Shown here: piece after piece, positions 47,424 to 54,864 of the stretch
How the letters are laid out: each line of letters opens with the position of its first letter
How positions within the stretch are numbered: position 1 is the first letter of the stretch
IMG/VR virus record: IMGVR_UViG_3300009667_000002
Location: 62,001-116,864 of that record
Length of the DNA stretch: 54,864 bases
DNA from: an uncultured virus (IMG/VR IMGVR_UViG_3300009667_000002)
Taxonomy: Duplodnaviria > Heunggongvirae > Uroviricota > Caudoviricetes
Strand: one strand, 5' to 3'
The notes under the pieces: model-generated
Told to the model about the DNA's origin: nothing
Databases searched by the model: none
What the model saw: the letters and a program-made list of their open reading frames with translations, nothing else
Made by a program: the position numbers and the translations under genes

Positions 47424-47870
47424 TTAGGTTAAAATAGGGTTGTACAATGTAATATTAACAGACATTACGTTTTTTATAATATTTAAAATATTATTTTTAA
47501 TATTAGTAGTAGTATATTTTTTAGGTAAAGGTATATGTATTGTTGAATTTGTTCTAAATGCTTTATCATTAACATAATTTAGACATAATCTAAAAGCACC
47601 ATATTCTACTTCTATATTATTGGATGAATTTTCTACAATCATATTAGCAATAGTAATATTATTATTAATATTAATAATTTGTACTTTTCCAATTGTTAAT
47701 TTTTCTTTTTTAAAAATAATTTCAGGTTCAATCCATTTCTTTGAAAGTGTTTTAGTAAATTCATTTTCCCAAGTATTTTCATTACAAATATGTGCAATTA
47801 TAATTTTTTCATTATTATTTTCAATATTAATTGGATTTCCTTTTACTTCATTTATTGTTATATTAAACAT
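47424..47870 (-). CDS. Degenerate macrodomain-like protein
   Basis: VKGN, IIIAHICN, LSKKW, IANMI, YGAFRLCL, TIHIP pattern; glycine-rich loops absent. Confidence 0.6.
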   Translation of the reverse strand: MFNITINEVKGNPINIENNNEKIIIAHICNENTWENEFTKTLSKKWIEPEIIFKKEKLTIGKVQIININNNITIANMIVENSSNNIEVEYGAFRLCLNYVNDKAFRTNSTIHIPLPKKYTTTNIKNNILNIIKNVMSVNITLYNPILT

Positions 47871-48213
47871 AGGTAAAATTTTTATAAAATTTAGTTATTT
47901 TTAGATTACCTCTAATAAATTCTTTAATTAAGGATAAACATTCTTCATATGTTTTATCACAAATTTTCAATTTATAATATAATAATTGGTTGATATAAAT
48001 AGTTTTGATTGTTAAAGATGATTTAATAGGATATAATTTAGAATTTTCATTGAAGGTAAAATATTTATGCTTATCCTTTGGAAATATATTTTTATTATCT
48101 TTAATTAAAATAAGGTTATATCTTCTATTAAAATGAATGATTGCCATTGGGTCAACAACTTCCACAATGGATAAAAACATGTCATTATATTTAGTTTTAG
48201 ATATTATTTTCAT
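47863..48213 (-). CDS. Hypothetical protein
   Basis: 116-aa ORF. Confidence 0.5.
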   Translation of the reverse strand: MKIISKTKYNDMFLSIVEVVDPMAIIHFNRRYNLILIKDNKNIFPKDKHKYFTFNENSKLYPIKSSLTIKTIYINQLLYYKLKICDKTYEECLSLIKEFIRGNLKITKFYKNFTYV

Positions 48214-48292
48214 TTATTTTATTTAAAAGTATTGTTGTATAATAAAATATAATAATAGGTAATACTTTTATTTAATTTCATGGTTTTATTAT

Positions 48293-48607
48293 TTAATTAT
48301 TATTAAAATTTATTTTCAATTGTTTAATTGATGAATTCAATTCAATCCAACTTTCAATATTTTTTAAATATTTAATCCGTGTTTCAAAAGGAAGTTCAAG
48401 TATAAATTTTTTTGATTTATTGGGTGGAATTAAATTGCTTGCTTTAAATTTAATATCGTCTATTTCCATTATATCAATAATGGCATCGGGGTATTTTAAA
48501 GATAAATTGTAAAGTTTATTGGAAATAAACAAATCTAAATTTTTTACATTGGTTAAAAGATAAGACATTTGATTTTTTAATTCTTCTGCTGTTTTATTTT
48601 CGAACAT
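48293..48607 (-). CDS. Hypothetical protein
   Basis: 104-aa ORF. Confidence 0.5.
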   Translation of the reverse strand: MFENKTAEELKNQMSYLLTNVKNLDLFISNKLYNLSLKYPDAIIDIMEIDDIKFKASNLIPPNKSKKFILELPFETRIKYLKNIESWIELNSSIKQLKINFNNN

Positions 48608-48645
48608 TGTTATATGTGTTTTTAATTAAAAATAAATTTAATTAT

Positions 48646-48684
48646 AAAAAAAACAATTCCCTTGTAATCTAACAAGGGAATTGT
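48646..48684 (-). terminator. Intrinsic terminator after the rIIB-like gene
   Basis: ACAATTCCCTTGT...ACAAGGGAATTGT with an adjacent A run on the + strand. Confidence 0.75.
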
Positions 48685-48699
48685 GATGAAACATTATGG

Positions 48700-49872
48700 T
48701 TAACTAATATCAACCAATCTTGTTTCGAGCATTTTAATAAGTTCTTCCATTGGACGATTTTCTTCTTCCGCTTCGATTGCTGCTTTATATGGTATTTCAC
48801 TTCTTATTGCCATATCAACCGCTTTTTCCAATTCCTCAATTTCATAGGTGGAATAATCATCTTCATAATATCCATCTTCAATAATATCAATTATTCCATC
48901 TTCATATTTTGCAACAGCAAATGGAAAATACTCACTTACCCTCATTTTTGAATGGTTATAATTAGGAACGGCAATAACGTGTGCAGGATTAACAAGGCAA
49001 ACCAATACTTTTGAATGGGAATTGGCAAAGGATTGAACATAAGAAGTTGCACCAACATGCAAACCATAAGAACAATCAATTTCTGGGTCAGAATCACAAT
49101 TAGTTCTTTCCATTTTCACAGGTTTACCCAATTCAATATTCATTGACCTTGTGTACATATCCGTATAAGTGGTATTTTCTTCCGAATCACCAAATAATAC
49201 AACATCTTCGTACAAATCACCAAGTTTACCAAAACCAACAACACTTTTTTCCTTTTCATCCCACATTTCAAAAGTTTTTCTTTTGGTAATGGCAAAATCA
49301 CCATCCATGTTTTGATATACAACATACTTATTTGGATTACATTTCCAATCTTTTCTTACCATAAGGTATTTTTCAGCAACAAACTCATTTAATTTATTAC
49401 CTTTTTTCTTTTCATATACGGCTTTATAAACAACCATATAGCCCTTATTGGTTAATACAAAATCATGGGTAGAAATGAAATTAAAAAGACTTTTCCTAAC
49501 CCTTTTATCAGGATTAATCATAAGGAGTTTCCAAAAATTAATAATAGCATCCATTGGAAAACCATTTTCATGGTATTCTTTAATGGTTTCAACCAATTCA
49601 TTGGGTATTGGAGTATTGAATCCCGCTAAAAATACTTCACCATTATCAGGGTCAGTTTCCAATCCACAAAGGTAAGCAATTCTAATCTTTTCGTTTAAGA
49701 AAAAATAAATTTTTCGTAGATTTTCTTCACTTGGATTTTCTTTTGCATCCAATATTACACGATAAAAATCATTAGCATCATTAAGATTACTACAATTCTT
49801 TTTGTGCAATTTGCCATTAATCGAAACATTAATCGTATTTCCGATTTTTACTGCTTGAATGTTTGTTTTCAT
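48700..49872 (-). CDS. rIIB: rIIB-like protein
   Basis: NFWKLLMINP, LFNFI, GYMVVYKAV, CDSDPEIDCSYGLHVG, VNPAHVIAVP, KMRVSEY; downstream of an rIIA-like gene. Confidence 0.85.
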   Translation of the reverse strand: MKTNIQAVKIGNTINVSINGKLHKKNCSNLNDANDFYRVILDAKENPSEENLRKIYFFLNEKIRIAYLCGLETDPDNGEVFLAGFNTPIPNELVETIKEYHENGFPMDAIINFWKLLMINPDKRVRKSLFNFISTHDFVLTNKGYMVVYKAVYEKKKGNKLNEFVAEKYLMVRKDWKCNPNKYVVYQNMDGDFAITKRKTFEMWDEKEKSVVGFGKLGDLYEDVVLFGDSEENTTYTDMYTRSMNIELGKPVKMERTNCDSDPEIDCSYGLHVGATSYVQSFANSHSKVLVCLVNPAHVIAVPNYNHSKMRVSEYFPFAVAKYEDGIIDIIEDGYYEDDYSTYEIEELEKAVDMAIRSEIPYKAAIEAEEENRPMEELIKMLETRLVDIS

Positions 49873-49918
49873 TTGCCCGAAATTTAAAGGTTAATATTAG
49901 TTTAACTACATTTAATAA

Positions 49919-49944
49919 TACGATATTGTTTTAATTTTGTTACA
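49919..49944 (-). promoter_or_regulatory. ECF-like promoter for rIIB
   Basis: + strand TACG 49919-49922, TGTTAC 49938-49943. Confidence 0.75.
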
Positions 49945-49949
49945 AAATT

Positions 49950-49995
49950 AAAAAAAATAATTGGTACATTGTATAAATATACCAATTATTTTTTT
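49950..49995 (-). terminator. Hairpin terminator after the rIIA-like gene
   Basis: AAAAAAATAATTGGTA...TACCAATTATTTTTTT inverted repeat. Confidence 0.6.
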
Positions 49996-50004
49996 CTTTT
50001 TTAT

Positions 50005-52293
50005 TTAAAAAACCATAACTTTTTTCAGAATATCAACTAAAACATCATCCAATACTTTATTATAATTAATGTTGTAAGTATTGAAATATCTTAATATTTT
50101 TTCATTATTTTCTTCCAATTGGTATAGTTGTTCCAGTTTTTTCATAATATCTTTTTGTTCATCATTCAATTCAATATCACCAATATTTAAAAGACGTATT
50201 AATTCATCTTTATGGTATTTTATATCAGTATTAATATTATTCAATTTTTTAAAATATTCATTCACTTTTAGAATGATTTTACCATATTTTTCATTAATAC
50301 TGTTAAAATCATATCTTTTATAAAGTGGACTTAAATTTTGATATTTTGAAAAAATTTCATTCGATTGTAAGTAATTAATTACTAAATCCCTTTTACGATA
50401 TAACATTTTATTAGTAAATTGACTTATATGGTAAGCATTTTTACAGGATTCCAAATACTTAATATTGTTTTGAGCAACCCTAATAAACATTATGCCGTTA
50501 TTGGTAATATTATGATTATATGACTTAAAATTATCATTATATTTACTATAGTCCCAAATAAGGTGATTATTATCAAATAGTAATTCAAATATTTTTAAAG
50601 AATTGTTTAGTTTATATTCTTCTTCCAAATTACTATAAAATATTACACCATTAAATTTTTCCAATTTTTCAACTTTAATTCTATTAATTGAATGATGAAT
50701 AAATTTAACAGGTATTGTAATATCACTAAAATCATTTTTCTTTTTTGATATTCTTTTAATTACAAAATTATCAGGTAATTCCAAATTATCATAGTTTATG
50801 GCATTTTCACGAACAATGTTAAAAAATTCTTCTTGCATTTTTAACATTGTTTTAACAATTTTCACAGGTTTACCATTTTCATCGGTTGTGCTATTTAAAG
50901 CAATTTTAAAAATGTCTGAAATATCCAAACGATTATTTAAAATATTTCTTTTTGTAATTAAATAGTATGTTTTATGTAATGATTTAAGGTAAGTAGATTT
51001 AATTTGCTTACGTTTAAATTCATTTTCAACATAGTATATATTCTTATCAGAAATTAAAGAATTATACTCACCATAAAATTCTTTTTTTTCATACTTTTTA
51101 GGCTTATCACCTAATCTTCTTATATTAAAAAAGAAATTGAATAATGAAGTATCTTTGGTAAGTGCATTAAGTTTTAATTCTTTATACCTAAAATTAGACA
51201 AATCAATATCTTCTTTTTTTATCAACCCTTGTAAATTTAAAGATTTTCCATTACCAAATTTCAATATGTTATAGTTTTGTGTATATTCAAAAAAATCTTT
51301 TAAAGTAACAATATTTTTAAATTGTTTATTCAATAGACTAATCAATTCTTCTTTAACTTCAATAAGTTTCTTTTTAATTAACCTAATTGTATTTTCGTCA
51401 TAGTCCAATTGTTCACGACTTACTGTTACTTTAATATCACCAACATTAAACTTAATGGCAATGGGTAAATAGTATTCACTTTGATTTAAGTTAAGTACAT
51501 TGTAGTCAATGGGATAAGCGACTTTTCCTAAACATACGTGTATATATTTAGAATAGTCATTTCCCCTATAATAGAATGATTTTCCTTTAACAATTTGATA
51601 ATCATTAGTTGGTTTTAAATCATAATTATTATTTTTATCAATTCCCTCAAAAATAATATTTTCAAAGTAGTAAAGTTGTTTTACCATTTCTCTTTCAAAG
51701 GTAGGTATATCTTTTTCCAATACAGGAATTTTAATTTCAGTTCCATTGCCATCGGTTGTACTTTCAGAATGAAGTAATGATATTACGGGACTTTCCTTAC
51801 CTTCATATATACAATAATAATACTTAATCTTATTAAAGGTAGTAATAACATAAAAACTATTGTCATATTCATTTGTTCCATAACCTGTAATTCTTCTATA
51901 TGCCAATACTGACTTTGCACCAATACCATAACCACCAATTTGATTATTGTCATCACGTTTGGTACTTTCAAAGTAAACACTATAAATTTCTTTCATTCTT
52001 TCGGGTGAAATACCCACACCAAAATCAATGAATGATATATAATAGGTATTATCTTTTTTATCAAATGTTTTTCTAATAATAACGGGTTTATTAACATTTG
52101 CTTCAATGTGTGAATCAAAACAATTGCTTGTAATTTCCCTTACAATTGTTCCAATGGGATTAGAATAAATATTTTTTGTAAACATTTGAAAAACAATGGT
52201 AGTGGCATCTTTAGACAAACGCATATTAATTTGTCCATCATTATTAGTTGTAACCACTTCTTTTTCATTTAAAACTCCTACATCAATTTTCAT
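50005..52293 (-). CDS. rIIA: rIIA-like protein (N-terminal GHKL ATPase)
   Basis: IYSNPIGTIVREITSNCFDSH, DFGVGIS, STK, GGYGIGAKS, NGTEI, SREQLDY. Confidence 0.85.
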   Translation of the reverse strand: MKIDVGVLNEKEVVTTNNDGQINMRLSKDATTIVFQMFTKNIYSNPIGTIVREITSNCFDSHIEANVNKPVIIRKTFDKKDNTYYISFIDFGVGISPERMKEIYSVYFESTKRDDNNQIGGYGIGAKSVLAYRRITGYGTNEYDNSFYVITTFNKIKYYYCIYEGKESPVISLLHSESTTDGNGTEIKIPVLEKDIPTFEREMVKQLYYFENIIFEGIDKNNNYDLKPTNDYQIVKGKSFYYRGNDYSKYIHVCLGKVAYPIDYNVLNLNQSEYYLPIAIKFNVGDIKVTVSREQLDYDENTIRLIKKKLIEVKEELISLLNKQFKNIVTLKDFFEYTQNYNILKFGNGKSLNLQGLIKKEDIDLSNFRYKELKLNALTKDTSLFNFFFNIRRLGDKPKKYEKKEFYGEYNSLISDKNIYYVENEFKRKQIKSTYLKSLHKTYYLITKRNILNNRLDISDIFKIALNSTTDENGKPVKIVKTMLKMQEEFFNIVRENAINYDNLELPDNFVIKRISKKKNDFSDITIPVKFIHHSINRIKVEKLEKFNGVIFYSNLEEEYKLNNSLKIFELLFDNNHLIWDYSKYNDNFKSYNHNITNNGIMFIRVAQNNIKYLESCKNAYHISQFTNKMLYRKRDLVINYLQSNEIFSKYQNLSPLYKRYDFNSINEKYGKIILKVNEYFKKLNNINTDIKYHKDELIRLLNIGDIELNDEQKDIMKKLEQLYQLEENNEKILRYFNTYNINYNKVLDDVLVDILKKVMVF

Positions 52294-52342
52294 GGTATTA
52301 AAATTTAAAAGTTTAACATATTTTTTCTTTTCTATTTCATAA

Positions 52343-52368
52343 TACGCAAATGTTTTAAAATTGTTACA
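52343..52368 (-). promoter_or_regulatory. ECF-like promoter for rIIA
   Basis: + strand TACG 52343-52346, TGTTAC 52362-52367. Confidence 0.75.
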
Positions 52369-52597
52369 AAAAAATAATGTTTTTTTGTTTTAATTAAAGA
52401 CAATATAAAAAACAAATATTGAAATGTTTTTAATTAAAAAGAAAAAAAGTTGTTTATCAGGATGAATATTCTTATATTATATATATAGGTATGATTAATT
52501 TTATTTAGATTAAATCTAAATTTAAGATAATAAGTATATTGGAGTATACCCTCTGCGTGTTTTTTGAACACGAACCCAACCTAAGTTCATTTGATTA

Positions 52598-52623
52598 TAC
52601 GAATATTATTTAATTATGTTTCA
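52598..52623 (-). promoter_or_regulatory. ECF-like promoter variant TGAAAC-N16-CGTA with no long ORF downstream
   Basis: + strand TACG 52598-52601, TGTTTC 52617-52622. Confidence 0.6.
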
Positions 52624-52686
52624 AAATGATAAAGAATTTTATTATTTAATTAAAATATATATTTTATTTAAAGATATTTTAATTTA

Positions 52687-52722
52687 AATAAAATCCCCCT
52701 GTTAAATCAAATCAACAGGGGG
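52687..52722 (-). terminator. Intrinsic terminator
   Basis: CCCCCTGTT...AACAGGGGG stem with a T-rich tail on the minus strand. Confidence 0.7.
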
Positions 52723-52806
52723 CAAACCAAAACACCAATAAAAATTGAAAGGAGTGAGGGTTCACAACGTCCTCATTTGGATTTCAAGAATCCGTGAATA
52801 GTATTT

Positions 52807-53286
52807 TTAATCTTTTAAATATTGTTCCCAGAGTATTTTTTGTGTTATTGGTATTTTTGGTTTCATTACTTCATTGTAGAAGTCAATGCCTTCGTTTAAA
52901 TAGTCACAAGTTCCATCACGAAGAAAACCATCAGAAGAAAATTTACTTCCTAAAATTTGCATTGCAGCAAGGTAACAGGCAACAACAAGTAAATCGTATG
53001 GTTTTCTTGCTGTTTTACAAAAACTAAAACCTTCTTTATTTTCTAAGTAAAACGTTTCATGTGATAATTCTTCACCTTTACCATTAAAAGAAACAAATTC
53101 TTTAGTAAATTCAGGTTTACCATTTCCATCCCAACCTGCAATTTCAATTTTATCATTGGCGAAATATCCACCCGCACTATTAGTTTTTTCGGGTAAATTT
53201 TCATAAAGTTTCTTACAGGCATTTGAAAATTCCTCAAATTTTTCATCAGAAACTTTTTTGTTTACAATGTAGTGTGTGTAGCCCAT
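52807..53286 (-). CDS. Hypothetical protein
   Basis: 159 aa, MGYTHY, FNG...HETF, FCKTARKPYD segments; ECF-like promoter at 53340-53365. Confidence 0.7.
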   Translation of the reverse strand: MGYTHYIVNKKVSDEKFEEFSNACKKLYENLPEKTNSAGGYFANDKIEIAGWDGNGKPEFTKEFVSFNGKGEELSHETFYLENKEGFSFCKTARKPYDLLVVACYLAAMQILGSKFSSDGFLRDGTCDYLNEGIDFYNEVMKPKIPITQKILWEQYLKD

Positions 53287-53384
53287 TTTTAATTCCCCCT
53301 TTAATTAAGTTAATAATGTTTTGTTTGTTTATTTAATTATACGAAATGTTTTTAAAAATGTTACAAAAAAATAAATTTTTTAAA

Positions 53385-53585
53385 AAGAAACAACCCTTAA
53401 TTTTGTAAATTATATTAGAATATAAAATACGTTAATTAAGGGTCGTTTTATTCACTCACCTATTGGACAGAGGTGAACTGTCCGTGAATAACCATTGCCG
53501 TAATCACTTTTTCTAACCTTTTATATATATTGGTTAGAACGAATTTTCGGTTGGCTTTTTTTATCTTTAGTAAGAACGATTACTT
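53385..53585 (-). ncRNA. Candidate stand-alone small RNA (about 200 nt) containing a pseudoknot
   Basis: ECF-like promoter at 53598-53623, no ORF, six perfect 6-10-bp stems including the terminal hairpin 53393-53443. Confidence 0.6.
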
Positions 53586-53618
53586 TCTATATAAATATAC
53601 GTAAATATTTAAAAAATG

Positions 53619-53969
53619 TTACAAATTTTTCTTTAAATGTTTTAAACATTCAATTAAACCATTTTCCAACGCTTCTTCGTATGTTTTAAAACGTTTATTA
53701 TTTTTAACAATTTTATTATTTAAATAATAATTAAAAGAAAATAAATATTTCCCATCTAAATTTAGATGTGTTTTAATGGATATATAAATAGAATATGTTT
53801 CTCTTAACCATTTTTGAATTAAACTTTGTGTTGGTGCAGACATACATTTCACTTTTTCAATGAATGGTTTAAAATTATATTCATCTAAATAACAATAATG
53901 AGTTTTCAAATTAAACCCAACTTCTTTAGCAAGTTTAGCAACTTCAAATGATACTAATTGTTCTTTCAT
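53619..53969 (-). CDS. Hypothetical phage protein
   Basis: VSFEVAKLAKEVGF, APTQSLIQKWLRE, TYEEALENGL segments. Confidence 0.7.
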   Translation of the reverse strand: MKEQLVSFEVAKLAKEVGFNLKTHYCYLDEYNFKPFIEKVKCMSAPTQSLIQKWLRETYSIYISIKTHLNLDGKYLFSFNYYLNNKIVKNNKRFKTYEEALENGLIECLKHLKKNL

Positions 53970-54020
53970 GTCTTTTAATTTAAAATATTATGATAAAATA
54001 AACCATTGATTTATTATTTA

Positions 54021-54290
54021 CTAATTATAGTCATCATAATCATTATAATCAAAAGTATAATTATATTTTGATGGAATTGTTGATACTAAATCTTCAACAA
54101 TTAAAATTTCTATTTCATTTTCAAAAGATTCAGATAATTCTTTTTTTAATTCATCAATTTTACAACCACCTTTACCAATTAAAAAATTAGGTCTTCCCAA
54201 ATGAAATAAAATTAAATTATTATTTTTTATAATTGATTTAATTTCTAAAGAATTGGCATATTCGCCATATATTTTATTGTTGTACCCCAT
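54021..54290 (-). CDS. KH-domain protein (type II, ribosomal S3-like), probably 5'-truncated by the adjacent IS
   Basis: GRPNFLIGKGGCKIDELKKEL (GxxG loop); ATG abuts the tnpB stop codon. Confidence 0.6.
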   Translation of the reverse strand: MGYNNKIYGEYANSLEIKSIIKNNNLILFHLGRPNFLIGKGGCKIDELKKELSESFENEIEILIVEDLVSTIPSKYNYTFDYNDYDDYN

Positions 54291-54864
54291 TTAAGGACGC
54301 AAAGAGCGACCAGAAATAGTTCCTACTTCACAGACCTGACTAACGCCAGCATCTCCATAGGCTACCCCCGACATACCATCGGTTGTTTTATTTTTAGGGT
54401 TTAAAGCAAACTTTAAAATGTTTTTTGCCGCTAAAATATCCCTTTGGTTTATAGTTCCACATTCAGGACATACCCATTCTCTATCAGATAACTGCAAATT
54501 CTTATTAATAGCACCACATCCACACATCTTTGAACTGGGTTCAAATCTTCCTATCTCTAAATAGTTACCACCTTGTTCTGTTATTTTGTATTGAAGCAAA
54601 GTGTAGAATCTGCCAAGTCCTAAATCTGCTATTGATTGAGCAAGTTTATGGTTTCGTAGCATTCCAGAAATGTTTAAATTTTCACACGCAACTGTATCAT
54701 ACTGTTTGGCTATCGCAGTAGTTGTTTTGTGTAGAAAATCTAATCGTTGGTTTGCTATTTTCTCGTGTAGCCTTGCTACTTTTAAATTTGCTTTCTTCCT
54801 GTTTGCACTTCCTTTTTGTTTTTTACTTGCACGTTTTTGAAGCACTTTAAGTCTTTGCAAGTTG
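54279..54864 (-). mobile_element. Right part of an IS200/IS605- or IS607-type tnpB element
   Basis: tnpB, visibly higher GC than the flank, subterminal hairpin 54319-54287; end position approximate. Confidence 0.65.
54291..54864 (-). CDS. tnpB: TnpB RNA-guided nuclease, C-terminal part (runs off the window)
   Basis: GSANRKKA, IANQRLDFLHK, VACENL, PSSKMCGCG, WVCPECG, RDILAAKNI. Confidence 0.92.
   Translation of the reverse strand, partial: NLQRLKVLQKRASKKQKGSANRKKANLKVARLHEKIANQRLDFLHKTTTAIAKQYDTVACENLNISGMLRNHKLAQSIADLGLGRFYTLLQYKITEQGGNYLEIGRFEPSSKMCGCGAINKNLQLSDREWVCPECGTINQRDILAAKNILKFALNPKNKTTDGMSGVAYGDAGVSQVCEVGTISGRSLRP

Noticed and set aside
52522..52600. tRNA gene in the GC-richer patches at 52.5, 52.8, 53.5 or 38.4 kb
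   Set aside because: No cloverleaf with a 7-bp acceptor stem and TTCRA T-loop could be built
52745..53491. Hammerhead, HDV-like or pistol ribozyme assignment for the knotted elements
   Set aside because: No CTGANGA/GAAA core, and the stem order does not match the HDV or pistol folds
5877..54721. Short overlapping or antisense track ORFs (e.g. 5877-6071, 9811-10047, 11220-11552, 11811-12134, 13335-13685, 19432-19867, 23204-23467, 35601-35876, 36934-37248, 37579-37827, 38437-38691, 40960-41181, 46216-46491, 47620-47904, 49448-49675, 50081-50323, 52794-53027, 54530-54721)
   Set aside because: Shadows of better-supported genes or RNAs on the other strand or frame, with F/L/I/S-rich antisense composition and no motifs
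1..54864. Stop-codon reassignment (TAG to Gln or TGA to Trp), prompted by in-frame TAG joins at 5338-5340 and 10335-10337 and the TGA at 46268
   Set aside because: Long conserved genes are intact in the standard code, coding density is already high, and other TAG/TGA codons end genes at natural positions; the few joins are expected by chance

Overview
Very AT-rich, gene-dense 54.9 kb segment of a large, apparently lytic dsDNA (jumbo-type) phage genome, standard genetic code. Host is probably Bacteroidota (TTTG-N18-20-TAnnTTTG promoters, no obvious Shine-Dalgarno use). Recognisable genes: fused SbcD-SbcC, two amidase paralogues, M23 peptidase, 3D-domain protein, DEDD exonucleases, RNA ligase, AAA+/M41 protease, Dda/RecD-like helicase, P-loop kinase, GH16, stand-alone receiver domain, a Cas6 C-terminal fragment, DNA methyltransferase, ATP-grasp, YopX, GNATs, a degenerate macrodomain, rIIB/rIIA, a KH-domain ORF and the 3' part of a TnpB element. 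Genes run mostly + to 41.0 kb and - from 42.4 kb, converging on a 1.4 kb repeat-rich non-coding region. Three promoter classes can be read from the sequence: host sigma70-like, ECF-like TGTAAC-N16-CGTA, and late-type STATTTAT. Most notable: (1) a helical protein gene followed by a ~280 nt nested-stem RNA with strict 6-nt G periodicity (30.4-31.6 kb); (2) two arrays of unrelated effector domains (ADP-ribosyltransferase-like, ParB-like, isochorismatase-like) carrying a shared N-terminal leader ending in (L/I)xE, with DNA footprints of module shuffling; (3) further candidate structured RNAs at 38.4, 52.8 and 53.5 kb; (4) a co-oriented TGTACATTG motif clustered beside the strand switch. All family calls come from motif recognition by eye; no database search was run.
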